From: Psammoneis japonica
Lineage: Eukaryota
NCBI GenBank assembly: GCA_008632985.1
Contig: QPGO01000019.1
Span: forward strand, 744,001-808,000
Length of the DNA: 64,000 nucleotides
Direction of reading: 5' to 3'
Program-made: the position numbers and the translations under genes
The notes under the pieces: model-generated
What the model saw: the letters and a program-made list of their open reading frames with translations, nothing else
Database searches by the model: none
Told to the model about the DNA's origin: nothing
Shown: piece by piece, positions 21,420 through 33,664 of the stretch
How positions within the stretch are numbered: position 1 is the first letter of the stretch
Layout of the letters: each line of letters starts with the position of its first letter

Positions 21420-21609
21420 AAATGAAAATCTACAAATAACAGGCTCTCAAACAGCGACTCAAAAAACAATAGGTTCAACGTACAAAAAGCAGATGCTTCA
21501 AGGTTTCGAATTTTTTTCAATACAGTGAATTCTATTGAACGTAAATATAGATCTTTCGGATGTTATAGTATTCAAAATCATTTTTCTTTTTCAATTTTGT
21601 GTTGCTTCT

Positions 21610-23096
21610 ATGTTTCTCTGTAAATACGTCACGTCACCGTTTTGGAGTTCAGGCGGAGAAAAACGATTGATTGACGGTATTCTGCAAAGAATTGTTTGCT
21701 TTCACCAGCATTACCCATCTGACCATGGTAGTGTCGACGCGAAGCCATCGTCCAGAAGACCTGCAGCAAATATTTATGCACTGCATGAAGAGCTGGAGAA
21801 AAGTGACGAGGCTTCTCTCGAAAGAGTCCAGTCTTTGGTTCAAATGTATCCTGACGTAACACAGCATATCCGTCGAGCGCCTTTCATGTCACCAGTTGAA
21901 TTTGAGATTCCGTTACACACAGCAATCATGTGGCTCTGCAGCGCTGACATTATTCTATTTCTTGCCGAACGGACGCCTTCCATGAACAACGGAGCATCAT
22001 GGTGTCCGAGTCCTTTGCGTCTTCTTTTGGAATGCTTTCACCACCAAGCAGGTCCACATCCATCTCTCCGTGTTCTTCGAATGCTGACCCGTCGTTTTCG
22101 AAAGGACCTCATGACTCCCACGCACGACTGGCGTCACCCTACTCGACTAGATTTGCCCATTCACTTTGCTCTTCGGGGGCGTCTGCCATCTGACGTTATC
22201 AAAATACTTGCAAAGGCCGAACCCTCTGCGCTCAACAAAGAGAATGGGATAGGTCAGCGCCCTCTGCTTGTTGCTTGTTGCAGGCGATTGTGGACGATGC
22301 CAAGATGCTCCAAGACCTGCAACTGCTGGTGCAGTATTGTCCAGAAGTGATGGAGTTGGGAGATGATTACCTACATAAATGCCTGGTGACTCTCATGCAA
22401 GACTGTGAAGGCGGTCCCCTGGCGGTCCGGTTCCTTCTCGAACACTTGTATCCGTCCCTCTGCGAAAAATTCATACCCTTTGAGGCAACAAAGTGCAAAA
22501 CCCAGACATACGGCTTTGTCTATTGTCTTGCCCGTCTTTTTCCCGAGACCCTTGGGGTTGTTCACAATGGATCGACCGCCCTTCATGAGTTCTGTGACAA
22601 TGAGAATGTCGTTAGAGGCCGTGACAACCTGCTTTTGTTTGCACAACCAGAAGCGGTTCGCGTGAAGGATAGAAGGGGAAGGCTGCCCTTACACCTTCTT
22701 TGCCAGCAAAATCCTGAGCTACAGTTGGTACAGGCGTTTGTGAAGCTCTACCCAGAATCAGTGCGAATTGCGGACAAGCGTGGATTGCTGCCCTTGCACT
22801 TTGCCTGCATGCAGCATCCCACGAACAAGGCCGACGCCATCAAGCAGAGCAAACTGATTCGGTATTTGGTTGAGCAGCACCCTGCAGCAATTGATGTGCC
22901 AGCCAACAACCACTGGAATAAACATCGTCCCGAATTGCGCCTTCCCGCCTTTTTGGCAGCCTCCAATCGAAATGCACAACTGGATGCCGTCTACCATCTC
23001 TTGAGGCTGCATCCTGGAGCCGTGTTGGCCGCACAGCGTCCTGGTCGGCCCCCTTCTGGGCGCAAACGCAAGGCTCCAGAGTATCTTTGCTTCTAA
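21610..23096 (+). CDS. Ankyrin-repeat-like protein, split by an apparent frameshift near 22280
   Basis: Repeated PLHTA / LPIHFAL / PLLVAC / ALHEFC / LPLHLLC / LPLHFAC units across two overlapping ORFs (21535-22350, 22275-23096); C-terminal RKRK. Start uncertain. Confidence 0.7.
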
Positions 23097-23326
23097 GTTA
23101 CCTGGCTTGCACGCAATGGATAATAAAGCAATGCCTTCCTTCAAGAGTGCAACCAAGAAAAGACGCTCTGGCAAGGTTTGCGGCTGGACTGCGATTTGTT
23201 CTACGCGAAACGCTGTAATAGCGAGGTGGTCCCATCTTCTACCCTGCCTTGTATCTGTCTAATCTACCTCTCTAGCACCGTCGATGCATTTAAATCTCAA
23301 CATGTCATTTTCACTACGGAAAAATG

Positions 23327-24300
23327 TTAGCCAAGAGGGATGAGAACACATCGATGAATTGGCGTTCCATTCATTGTGCAAGCAACCTCCGTCTCAGTTC
23401 TCCCAGGGGTTTGGAGTAGCGGAGTCTCACACCACCCTTTACCGTGAGCTCGTTCTCCCCCCATTGCAACCCACTCCTGTGTTCGTTTAGGTATTCGAAA
23501 ATTGTTTCCGCTTGACTGTGGGTCCTTTTCTGTACCATGGCATTTGTCGACAACACAAAAGCCAGTGTCGTGACAAGCAGCACGGCACATCCATAACGCA
23601 ACATCATCCTCACAGTTTGACTGCATCAACAATTTCCCACAAAAGCTTGCACCGGTGCCATCCTTTGCCTTCTTGACTGGCACTTGCCTTGCCAACCACA
23701 GCAGCTCAGTTGTCACCATCATCATGAAGCCACTCATGACATTTGCTGGCAGTCGCGAGTTTCCGTCAGGTTGTTGGATGCTGTCATCAGCAGCAAAAGC
23801 AAAGTCAGCAGAGAAAGGCATGCAACAAGGAGTCAGAAATTGCAAGAGACAAAGCTGAACAGGACCAGGACAAGACTCAACAACTTGTTGGAGAAAGGAT
23901 TCTGTGTCTTGTTGGAAAGAGTGAAGCTTGTGCTCCAATCCCCAATGTTTGGCAAGCCTGCAAGCACATCCAATGCCGAGTCCATTGAGCTCAACTCCAG
24001 CACAATTTGACCATGACCAGTTTGCCAAGGGATTGACCTTGACCAAATCCGTGCTGGTGTTGTCTGCATGCAACTGCCCAAGCAATGACATGCCCACTCC
24101 ACAGCCCACATCCACAACAAGAGGACTGTCTGGGTTTTCAAAGACATCTGGACAAACTGCGGTTGTTGATCTGCCATTTGAGTGAGCAGTTGGTGGCCCA
24201 ATCCATTTGTCTCACTCCCATTGAGCTGAGGTGGCTTGAAAAAAAGCACAGTTGCTGTTGCTGATGAGTGGAGAATTGCCAAAGCATGAGGAGACTGTGG
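23327..24300 (-). pseudogene. Degenerate SAM-dependent methyltransferase domain (TrmB-like)
   Basis: DVGCGVGMSLLG (motif I), LQFLTPC, GKLLMQSNCEDDVA and GRTETEVAC. Cys/His replace expected Tyr and there are frameshifts. Probably the 3' part of a longer decayed gene. Confidence 0.65.
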
Positions 24301-27300
24301 TCTGAAAAAAGATTGAGAAGACAACTGCCGGCACCAATGCCCTTGTGATCACCCTTCTTGTTCTCTAGATCTTTTGTCTCTAGAGCCCATGTTGCAGCTT
24401 GCTCCAGGGCTTTATGATGCTGCAATCCGGCAGCTCCAAAGCATTCCAGGACATGCCAAATGTCCTTTGAATGACAAAATGCTTGCTTGCCAGATCAGTT
24501 GAGCTCCTGAGCAGCCACGCCAGTCACAAAGATTCAAACAAAGCTTGGTCAGCTGCACCTGCAAAAGCAAACCACAATGCTGCATTGGCTGCCTTTTGAC
24601 CTTGCAGGTTGCACTTGCCCATGGTCTTGAGATGCAGAAGCGGCTCTGGCAATCATGATGTTTTTGCCTGCTTTGAGGCTCACAATTCTGGGGTTCATCA
24701 TTTCATTTTGTGGTTTTGATTTGTGAGATCATGCAAATTGTGAGACAAGTGCTTTGGCTCTGGTCACTTTTCTTCCTTTGGCATTTGGTGAAGCAGTCTG
24801 AGTGACCACAACCCCAGAAGACTTCACCAGAAATTGGCCATTGGGCAGCGACAGACTGTGATTCTTTCGAATTCCAGTGAACTCCATCTTGTTCAAGACA
24901 TGACAACCTGAAGGCCAAAAGAGGATGCAGTGCATGGTGTGCTGCAAAAACTTGTTCTACACCAGGCTTCGATGAAAGTCAAGCAAACTTGCTTCAGTTC
25001 TGACTTTCCATTCCAACCTGCACCATTGTTCAGAGAACACTCTGCATGCTGCTGCTTCAAGAAGCAGGAGGGTTTAGCCAGTGTGTGCAGTTGGACAAAC
25101 CGGCTGAGGCTCTGGCCCAACAACAACAGCCACCCCTGGCTGCACCTTGGTGCCAGTGTGTGGGCTGCAAGCTTGTGCTCAATGTGACACCTTGCCTCTG
25201 GGTGCCAGTGGGGGGTGCAAAGGCACACCATTGTCAGGTGTGCGTTCCTGTCATTTTTGCTGCGCTGGTGTTGCAGCACTCTGCTGCTGTCTCTGTCTTG
25301 CTTGCTCAGTGAGAAGCCAGCAGCACAAAGAGTGTGCCACTTGCCAGCTCACAGCTTTTGTCTCTGACAGCAAAAAAGTGTTGACTCTGGCGCGCCAGCA
25401 CAGTTTCTTCACCTGGCTCACTCACTGTTTTCTGAAGAGCATTTTGCTGCAGCCAGCTGGCAACAGCACTTCTTCCTGTCCATTGTCTTGCTTTTTTGTC
25501 CTTTTTTGCAGCAGACAGCCCCGGTGCTGTGCACTTTGTTGCAAGAGAGCTTTTTTCTCAAGGCACTTCATGCCCCCCACAAGCTTCAATGAAGCTGGTG
25601 GTGGTTGGAAAATTTGCACAGCAGCTTGACATTCTGCCAATGACACACTCGCAAACCCACAAAAAAGGCACTCTTCCTGAGCTCCTTGGTCTCTGCAACA
25701 TCTTTCTGAAAAAACATGAAACAACCAGCTCACTTTCCCACATTTCCTCTGGCTAAATCACAGCCTTTTGGCACATGCTGCCTTGTGTCTGGATGCCCAT
25801 TGTGTGCAGTGCATTGCCAAACTTGTTGCAACCCCGGCATTTTTTCCCAAGCACTTTGTTGACAATGCTGGTGCAGGAAACAATGGCATGTTGAAGCAGC
25901 CACAAAAACTGTGCCTTGTCTTTGCTGACAACAACCTTTGCACACATGCTGAGAATGGCAGAAAAAAAGACAATGTCTTTGCAGGCAGTTGCCAGACAGA
26001 CAAGGGCTTTGTCATTTCAAAATGTGCACTTGCCATCAGCCCTGCTGTGATTTGCTCCTTCAAAGCCCCCAGCTTGTTTGTTCAAGCAGACAAATTTGTC
26101 TGGAGAGGGTTCCACCCACACTCTCACCTCTGCCACACACTCAAGTGACAGATGATTGCTTCCCTCAAATGCCCTTGCACAGAGCATCTCAATCCAACAA
26201 AGTGGGCTTTTTTTTTTGAATCAACAAATGACTGGGGGATCACCAATGCAGCTGCTTGGGGACATCCTTGAGGAACATCAAATTTGGCTTTCAGATGTTG
26301 TCAAAAACACTTCCAACCACAGAGTTTGTTTGGCAGAAGAAGCTTTTTGGGAAGCAGGGGGGCTTCAGAGGATGACAGCTGTGGGCTGGGCCACCCAGCT
26401 CTTCTTCAGTTGATCCTTCTCCAGAGACAGTGCCTGGTGCAAAGATGCTGTCAAAAAATTGGAAGTGCGCAAGCTTTTTGTGAGACCACTGCTGCCATCA
26501 TCACCAAAACATTGTCTCTTGTTGCAGATGTCACCCAAAGTGCAGCTGTCCACAGCAAAGTTGTCAAATGCTGAGTTTTGTTTGGCAGGCAGCCAGCACC
26601 TCTGCAACCTCTGACAATTGTGCTGGGCACTGCAGCAAAAGCTGTTCTCAACTGCAGTGTAACTCACTCTGTGTCTGCCAAGCTTGCCACCACAATCACT
26701 GTCACCCAGCAATTTTCACAAGGTGGTGAGTGCTGCTGCCTTTTTGTGGCATCACAGCCAACCCACAAGGCCGCCAACATGGCCCACACATTGAGCTCCT
26801 GAGAACAAGGTTGCTGGTGTCCTTGGAGGGAACCCAATGGCAGCAAACAACCTGCCACACCTTTCAGTTTGCAAGCCATGGATGATGCACTCACTTCCAC
26901 CATGATTTGATGCACCTCTTCACAAAATCATTTGTTGATGAGGGTGCAAAAAGTTTTCTCATTGTGCAGCACTTGTCATCTCTGCTCCTCTCCACTTTTG
27001 TCAAATCTGCACAAGAATGAATTTTTCATGGCTCACAACCTTCCACCCCACAACTCAAGTCAGTCTTTGCCCATTGCTGGTTGACAGGCTGCAAAAAGCA
27101 GCTTGCTGTGGCTGAGCAAAAAGCAAGCTTGGCTGGGGAGGTCACCATCTCAACTGGACCTGACCTTTGTGATGCTCTCATCAATTTCATCTTTCTTTCT
27201 TGTTCCTCTTGTTTGCTGCTGCTCAAGAGTTTTGCTTTTGGGTTGGGGAACAGGTGATGGAGACAAAACAGTGCTGAAAGAGGTGCAAGATGCAGCTGCT

Positions 27301-27650
27301 GCTGTGCTCCTTGCACAGAAGATGCTGAAGAGAGACAAACAAATGTGATTGCTGCTGGATCCCATCTGATGAAAACAATTTAAAAACAAGGAGCCCAAAC
27401 TCTGTGTTTGTGACAGTTCAAAGGGGAACCACATTTTAAGTGGCTGCCGGGTGGAGCAAATGAGGCACTCATGAAGTGGACAATCATGGTGTGAGGATTG
27501 AGCCAGAGGAACCCTTGGTGGCAGCCTCCATTGTGCCACCATGGTGGACTTGCCATGCACCTCACTTTTTGTCTTTGTTTCTGTGTTTTTCTCTGGCTTT
27601 TCTCTTTTTGTTCTCTTGCTCGTGTCTCTGCATGGCACAATGATGGTTTC
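23600..27650. other. TpA-depleted block containing a decayed host-type gene (possibly helical-repeat/PPR-like N-terminal part plus methyltransferase)
   Basis: TA nearly absent. Minus-strand fragments such as NEKTFCTLIN and PSTIVRGC...PN...TTL weakly resemble PPR repeats after restoring Tyr. Confidence 0.45.
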
Positions 27651-28003
27651 CATGCCGGTTCTAGAGAATCACCAAGGACAGACAAAAAGCGAAGGTTGGG
27701 CCCTGCGGCGGGGCTAGCCTGTGATGGGTACAGTAAGTTACCAGGCACGAAGGAACAAGGATAGACGCCGGCAGTGGATAAAGGGCGTACTCAGCACTAT
27801 GAAAAGCGAAATCTAGCTAGGAATAATCTGAATATCGCACATGAGAAGAGACGAGCGCATGAACAGAAGGAAAGCTCTGCACAAAAGGAAGCAAATTTCT
27901 GATGCAGCTCTTCTGCAGAACAATCGTCCCTCTAGACATGCTGTTAATCAAGCATATTCAACAGGTTCTAGTTGCATGAATCATGGTGTCATCTATTTCA
28001 CCT

Positions 28004-29863
28004 TTAATCGACTCTCCTAAGGCGTATATTGTACACTTGCATTTTCGAGAGAGACTCGAGGGGATCGCGGTCAAGCACTGTCAACCCCATGGTTTGATCA
28101 CCCTTCACGAATGTCATCTGGCCAAGGTCATGATTGGCCTCACCGGCCTTCAGCGTCGCGGTAACATTTGAGTTTTGTCCATACAAACGGACCTTTGTGC
28201 CATTTGGAACAAATATCGCTCTAAGTGAAACATTGTAGGTGGCAGATTGAAGAACTCGCACCTTCAGTTCCTGGGTGGAGCCAATCCGTTTGAAGAACGT
28301 GTTGGACCACCAAACGTCGTTCTTGCCCCTCATCCTGTAAATATATTCCATTTCAAGATATGGTCTTGTCACACCGGGAAGACCAATCAACTGAACTGGG
28401 TCAGACCACGCGTGTGGATCCGAACGGACATAATCCCACTCCCTATAATACCCTCGTTGCATTTGTGAAAATTTCTCAGGGAAGGTTTCCCGCAGGTCGG
28501 TTTTTTGTCGAGGATCCTTAGAGAGATCAAACAAGAGAAACTTTCCCTTGTTATTTACAATAACCCAATCGCCTTGAATGAAACAAGAACTGCGTTTATC
28601 CAATGGGAAAGAGTAGTTCTTCGTAAATCGGTACTTCCAGCCATCATCAGCCAAATGTGGCTTTATCCTCTCTGTCTCCCCCGTGAGAAGCTTACGTTCT
28701 TTCGGCCACTTGAAATCTTCATCAAACAGAAAGCGCCTCAAGCTCGTTCCATCCAATGAAGGAGCATCTGTTTTCCGTTTTTGACCAGCAAGCTGAAGAA
28801 TTGTAGGATAAATATCCATCACCAAGGTCATTTCATGGACTTGTTTGGGCGTAAACCTACCTGGGGAGTAAACGCCCAAACGATTTCTGATGCCATTCTC
28901 CCAAGCCGTAGCTTTCTTGTCTCTGAATCCAGAAGGATTACGAGCTGCCCATTCCGTACTGTTCAACCTATAGCGCTGTTTCTTTGACTTAAAAAAGCCA
29001 TCCCTCCTCTGGAATAGTAGCCGTGTTTTATACGTTGGCCCGTTATCGCCTAGAAAGAGGAGTACCGTATCCTGTGACAAGCCATTGTTTTCAAGAGCCG
29101 TCATTACCCGACCCACTTGTCCATCGAGTTGCTCCATCATGCCGAGGAACATTGCATAGGATTCGCCAATGCCCTGTTTCATGTACTTTTGTTGTAGCTC
29201 CTTTGCACAAAGCCAAGGTTCGTGCGGCTGGGCATATGGAAGGTAAAGAAAGAAGGGTTCCCCCTTGTGTCGTTCAATGAATTCGATTGCTCTGTCCGTG
29301 ACACGCTCAACTTGCCAGCCCCGAGAAAAGCCGATGTACTCCCCGTTGTGGTGAAACGGGGCCTGGAAGTGCTCGTAGCGACCAAAGCTACGATTGTCCT
29401 CGCCTGAAACCTCCCATGTCTCGTTGAACCCACGTCGATGTGGCAATTCAGCATCGGAAGTACCAATGTTCCACTTGCCGCACATGCCCGTCACATATCC
29501 AGCATCCTGCAGTGCTTCACCAAGCATGTATTCGTCCAGATGTACTCCATCTCCTCCAAAGCCAACCGCGGATGTTCCTGTGCGCATATAATTTCTTCCG
29601 GTCAACAAGGCCGCACGGGTGGGCGCACATGCAGGGTTTGTGTAGAAACGAGTAAACTGAACCCCTCGTTTCATTAATTTGTCCATGTTGGGCGTTTCAA
29701 GCGGTGGCTGTCGAAACCCATAGTCATCAAATCCCTGATCATCCGTCATGATTAGAACAAAATTTGGCTTCTTCTTCTGGGCTTGGACAGAAACGAAGGA
29801 TGCCACGACGGCGAAAAACAAAGTGTAGGACGTGAACACCATCATTTCTCTCTGGATGGGCAA
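28004..29863 (-). CDS. Formylglycine-dependent sulfatase (S1 family), secreted
   Basis: Signal peptide, KPNFVLIMTDDQG, CAPTRAALLTGR (CxPxR), GKWN, PHEP and FLGDNG; intronless, 619 aa. Confidence 0.95.
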   Translation of the reverse strand: MPIQREMMVFTSYTLFFAVVASFVSVQAQKKKPNFVLIMTDDQGFDDYGFRQPPLETPNMDKLMKRGVQFTRFYTNPACAPTRAALLTGRNYMRTGTSAVGFGGDGVHLDEYMLGEALQDAGYVTGMCGKWNIGTSDAELPHRRGFNETWEVSGEDNRSFGRYEHFQAPFHHNGEYIGFSRGWQVERVTDRAIEFIERHKGEPFFLYLPYAQPHEPWLCAKELQQKYMKQGIGESYAMFLGMMEQLDGQVGRVMTALENNGLSQDTVLLFLGDNGPTYKTRLLFQRRDGFFKSKKQRYRLNSTEWAARNPSGFRDKKATAWENGIRNRLGVYSPGRFTPKQVHEMTLVMDIYPTILQLAGQKRKTDAPSLDGTSLRRFLFDEDFKWPKERKLLTGETERIKPHLADDGWKYRFTKNYSFPLDKRSSCFIQGDWVIVNNKGKFLLFDLSKDPRQKTDLRETFPEKFSQMQRGYYREWDYVRSDPHAWSDPVQLIGLPGVTRPYLEMEYIYRMRGKNDVWWSNTFFKRIGSTQELKVRVLQSATYNVSLRAIFVPNGTKVRLYGQNSNVTATLKAGEANHDLGQMTFVKGDQTMGLTVLDRDPLESLSKMQVYNIRLRRVD

Positions 29864-30489
29864 TAGCCAGTAACTGGTGAGTGTTTGACGAATAGTCTTG
29901 ACTCGATTTGTAGCCTTTTGGTTTGTGCCACTTAACGATCAGTCGTTTTCTCCATCGCTATTTGTACGACTATCGACTATTCGTGATTTCCTTTCGTCTA
30001 GATTCTACACTTCTACTCTCTACTCTAGCTAGCTACTCTCTAGCTAGCTAGTAGAGAGAGCACTTCTTGTAAAGTTTTATGCAGCAAAGGAATTGCGCTT
30101 CTTTGAAGTGTTCCAAGGAAATTCAGATTTCAAAAAATGACCGACGTGAAATCAAAGACTGCAACATTAATTAGTTACGAAAATTTAACGAATTTAGGGC
30201 AATAAGTTGATAATTTCTGGAATTGCGAATGCCAACACACTTATTAAATGTCAGAAAGACAAGATGTGCACACTTAACAAATGTCTCTATAAATGTTGCG
30301 CTCACAAAACACCGGAGAAATCGATCGGAGAAACGACCCAGCCTGACGTGCCGCGCCTGCCAATCTACCGCACTTCAGGTCGGGTCTATTAGGGCCTACT
30401 CGGCGAGAGGATCTCAAATCCGGTCTCAAATGGATTTGCACCACCTTCGGTCATGAAGTTAAATGTGTACACACACATCTCTAAAAATG

Positions 30490-31910
30490 TCATGTTTGGT
30501 GCAATTGAGGCATGCGCACAACTTGCGCACAGCAGCGCAATGTCGGACAGACGACAGGCCGACGATGACGATGACATTTTTCTGATGCTCTTGCAAAACG
30601 ACTTTGCAACAGGCACTTGACATGTTGATCAATGACACTGTGGGGAACACTTGCATGTAAAGAAAGTCCCCCGGACGAACTCACAATCATTCGACATTCG
30701 AGTGCACAAAACGATCGTCAAAAAACAGAGCTCCTTGTTGGTGTGACGTTTTGCTTTCGAACAGAGGTTGCTGGCGGGGACTTTCATGACTGAATGCATT
30801 CTTAAACTCAACAAACTAAATGTCCACAAGACGCGTTCCAGCTCTGGGTGGGACCTCGCACTGCTGAACTGTGACATCGACAGTTTTTTGGATCGCACCG
30901 CATGTCGCACACGTAGAAAGGTACGTGACTTTTCTGAAATTTTGTGTCATTTTGTGGTGCACTCACTGAGCGATCCGTCCAACAACTTTTGACATTTTTT
31001 TGTTCTGCGCCATTTGCAAATGTCTTAAGAATGGCACAGGGCAGGCGGATTGACGAAAATGTCAAGCGGCAATGGTCACAATTGTGCCACAAACTTGGTC
31101 ATTTGTTTGATGTTGAAGATGAAAATGTCCGTTGATTAAATTCTCGTAATGCGGAGCTCGCACGTAGAATTCTGCGGGCCAAATGTCACAAAAAGTCCCA
31201 CCCAGGACTGGAACCCGTCACAATGACAAAAGACTCTGGGACACGTCGCTGTCATCGCTGTCGTTGCAACAACGCACCACCGTCACGTCGCCAATTTTTG
31301 GCGATGAGGCACGCAGCACCCTGCACGTTTCTCGTGCAGCAGAAAATCCTGAAAAATCAAATTGTCGTGCCTCCACCCCTTCGTCATGCGAATGCCTCAA
31401 GGCATGCGCAGAACTTGCACACAGCAGCGCAATGTCGGAGAGACGACAGTTGTGCTTTTTTTGCGATTTGCGCAACAGAATTGCCGTCGACGCCGACAAT
31501 GACGATGACATCTTTCTGACGCTCTTACAAAACGACTTTGCAACAGACACTTGACACATCAATCGACGACACTGTGAAGCACACACATGTGTAAAGAAAG
31601 TCCCCCGGACGAACTCACAATCGTTCGACATTCGAATGCATGAAACGATGGTCAAAAAACAGAGCTCCTCATTGGTGTGACGTTTTGCTTTCGAACAGAG
31701 GTTGCTGGCGGGGACTTTCATGACTGAATGCATTCTTAAACTCAACAAACCAAATGTCTGTAATGACAAAAGACTCTGGGACACGTCGCTGTCATCGCTG
31801 TTGTTGCGACAACACATCATCGTCACGTCGCCGATTTTTGGCGATGAGGCGCGTAGCGCGCTACGCGTTTCTTGCACAGTGGAAATCCTGAAAAATCAAA
31901 TTGTCGTATT
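30490..31910. repeat. Tandem duplication (~0.5-kb unit) whose first copy is interrupted by a MITE
   Basis: 30510-30829 matches 31400-31763, and 31220-31368 matches 31760-31908. Confidence 0.85.
30830..31219. mobile_element. MITE copy 1 (390 bp), TIR GACGCGTTCCAGCTCTGGGTGGGAC, 4-bp TSD ACAA
   Basis: Right end gtcccacccaggactggaacccgtc is the near reverse complement of the left end. acaa at 30826-30829 and 31220-31223. An empty site is present in the duplicate at ~31752-31770. Confidence 0.92.
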
Positions 31911-32439
31911 TTCACCGTTTTGTTCTGCGATTGCCTTAAGGATGGATCGTTGTTTGGTGGTCGATTTTATTTAGAGCTCCCAAACATTTAAAAATGACCC
32001 GGATCTGTCGTGCTGACAGTGCGCGCGTTCGCCAAAAAAAAAAAATCAGCGACAGGTCGGAACTTTGTCTGTTTCTAAGACAACACAGAATGCACATGTG
32101 ACGGTTGCGACCATGCGCGAGGATGTGCAGCTTAACGACTGCAGACATGTCCACAGCCGGTCAAATGCCAATTGTCGGCATTTCCTGGAAAGTTGTGGCT
32201 TGTCTGCCGCAACAGTCCGATTTTGGCGGAAAATGGCGGTTTGTCGCATGTGACAACCAAGGCAACTATGACAATTGGCGTTTGAAGGTTAAAATGTGCA
32301 GTTCACACAAAGGTCTGACAGCCCTGATGGGGGCTGGACACACTCACATGTGTTTGGGGGTGCTCAGAGGCTTCTCGCAAAATGACACGGGCGAAGTGTG
32401 GGGAAATTCGAAAATCACGAGCCATTTAAAAAAACAGTG

Positions 32440-33420
32440 CTAAACATCGATCCAGCCTTGGCCGGCCAACCTGCCATTGAGTCAAGCCTTGCTGCCTTGT
32501 TGCATGACTCCAGTGTTGTTGTCAGGGCAAACATCAAAATGTTGGACAAGCTTCAGCTCTCATCATCTCTTCCATTGAGTTGACTTTGGGGATCCAGGAG
32601 CTTTTGCAAATGGTTGGTGTGTGTTGGTGGGTCAGCAGGCAGAACATTGACTCACAATGCCTTGCCTCATGGCACCAGCATTGCCACTGCCTGATCCAGT
32701 TGGTGCACTGGAGCAGGAGGATCCCGTGTGGCAGCTGCATGTGATGTCAACAAAGTGGAAAGCAGAGCTTGTGCAAAAAAAAGCACAGCACTTTTGCTTG
32801 CTGCCACGCTTGTGTCAGTTGCGCAGGCAAAGTTGCACAAACAGCTTGGGAGGGTGAGTGCACAAATTCATCAAATGTGCTGTGTCTGAGTCAGCCCTGA
32901 ACCAACAAAGCTTTTCAAGAGTTGATTTGCCCCACCCTTCTGCAAGTTGTGCGTGGATCATTCACTTTGAACAGGGGCACATCCAACAGGCTTTCTTTAG
33001 AAGCAACAAGTTTCTCCCACCTCCTGCTTTGAAGAAATGAGTGTGCATCTGGAGCATGACAGCAGCTGAGTTCTGATCTGATCTCACCAAAGCCAGCATG
33101 CTGAGCAAATGTGTGTGCACTCACATGACCACATGCATGCACACATGTTTGCCAACCACTTTTGGTGATTGGCGCACTTGCTTCACACCAACAGTTGGGC
33201 AAACCCCAGAGAGGAGCGACACACTCACAGTTTTGCAGAACCTGTTGATTGCCACACTGCAAACCTTCTCTTTGTCTCCATTTGTTCACTGTCCCAGTCA
33301 TGTTTGCTCCAAATGTCAAGAAAGAAGGTTGTGCCACTTTGGATTGTTTCTTTCCCCACATGCAATGGCATGTCACTTTGAGTGGTGTTGCATGTGCTTG
33401 GTGTCTGCAAGGTTCGGTCA
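32440..33420. other. TpA-depleted degenerate coding-like sequence, unidentified
   Basis: TA nearly absent; Cys/His-rich ORFs in all frames; TA returns at ~33425-33500. Confidence 0.55.
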
Positions 33421-33664
33421 GCTTAAAGCTGGTGCAATGCCGAGAAGCTGTACTTGCAACTCAAATAATTGACACTCCTAGTCTGTACACAAGGCTAAGA
33501 GTCCATAATGACATTGCGATTTCCAATTGTTAGAAGTATGATTGGAATGCTGGCATATAATTCCTGTTAAGATTCCGAATGGCAAACTCGTAATCGTAGC
33601 TTCCATCTCGCTACAGCTAAGGTATCATAGAGAGGACTTTAAACCCAAGCACGGCATATTTCGA

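Noticed and set aside
22253..22283. Tiny GT...CAG intron that might repair the ankyrin frameshift
   Set aside because: About 31 nt is far shorter than the other introns here (~65-150 nt), and it would delete an ankyrin-like PLLVAC motif.
24700..27650. Many overlapping Cys/His-rich ORFs suggesting metal-binding proteins or overlapping genes
   Set aside because: Explained by loss of TAA/TAG stops and Tyr>Cys/His conversion in TA-free DNA. The same applies to 48200-51870 and 59860-63850.
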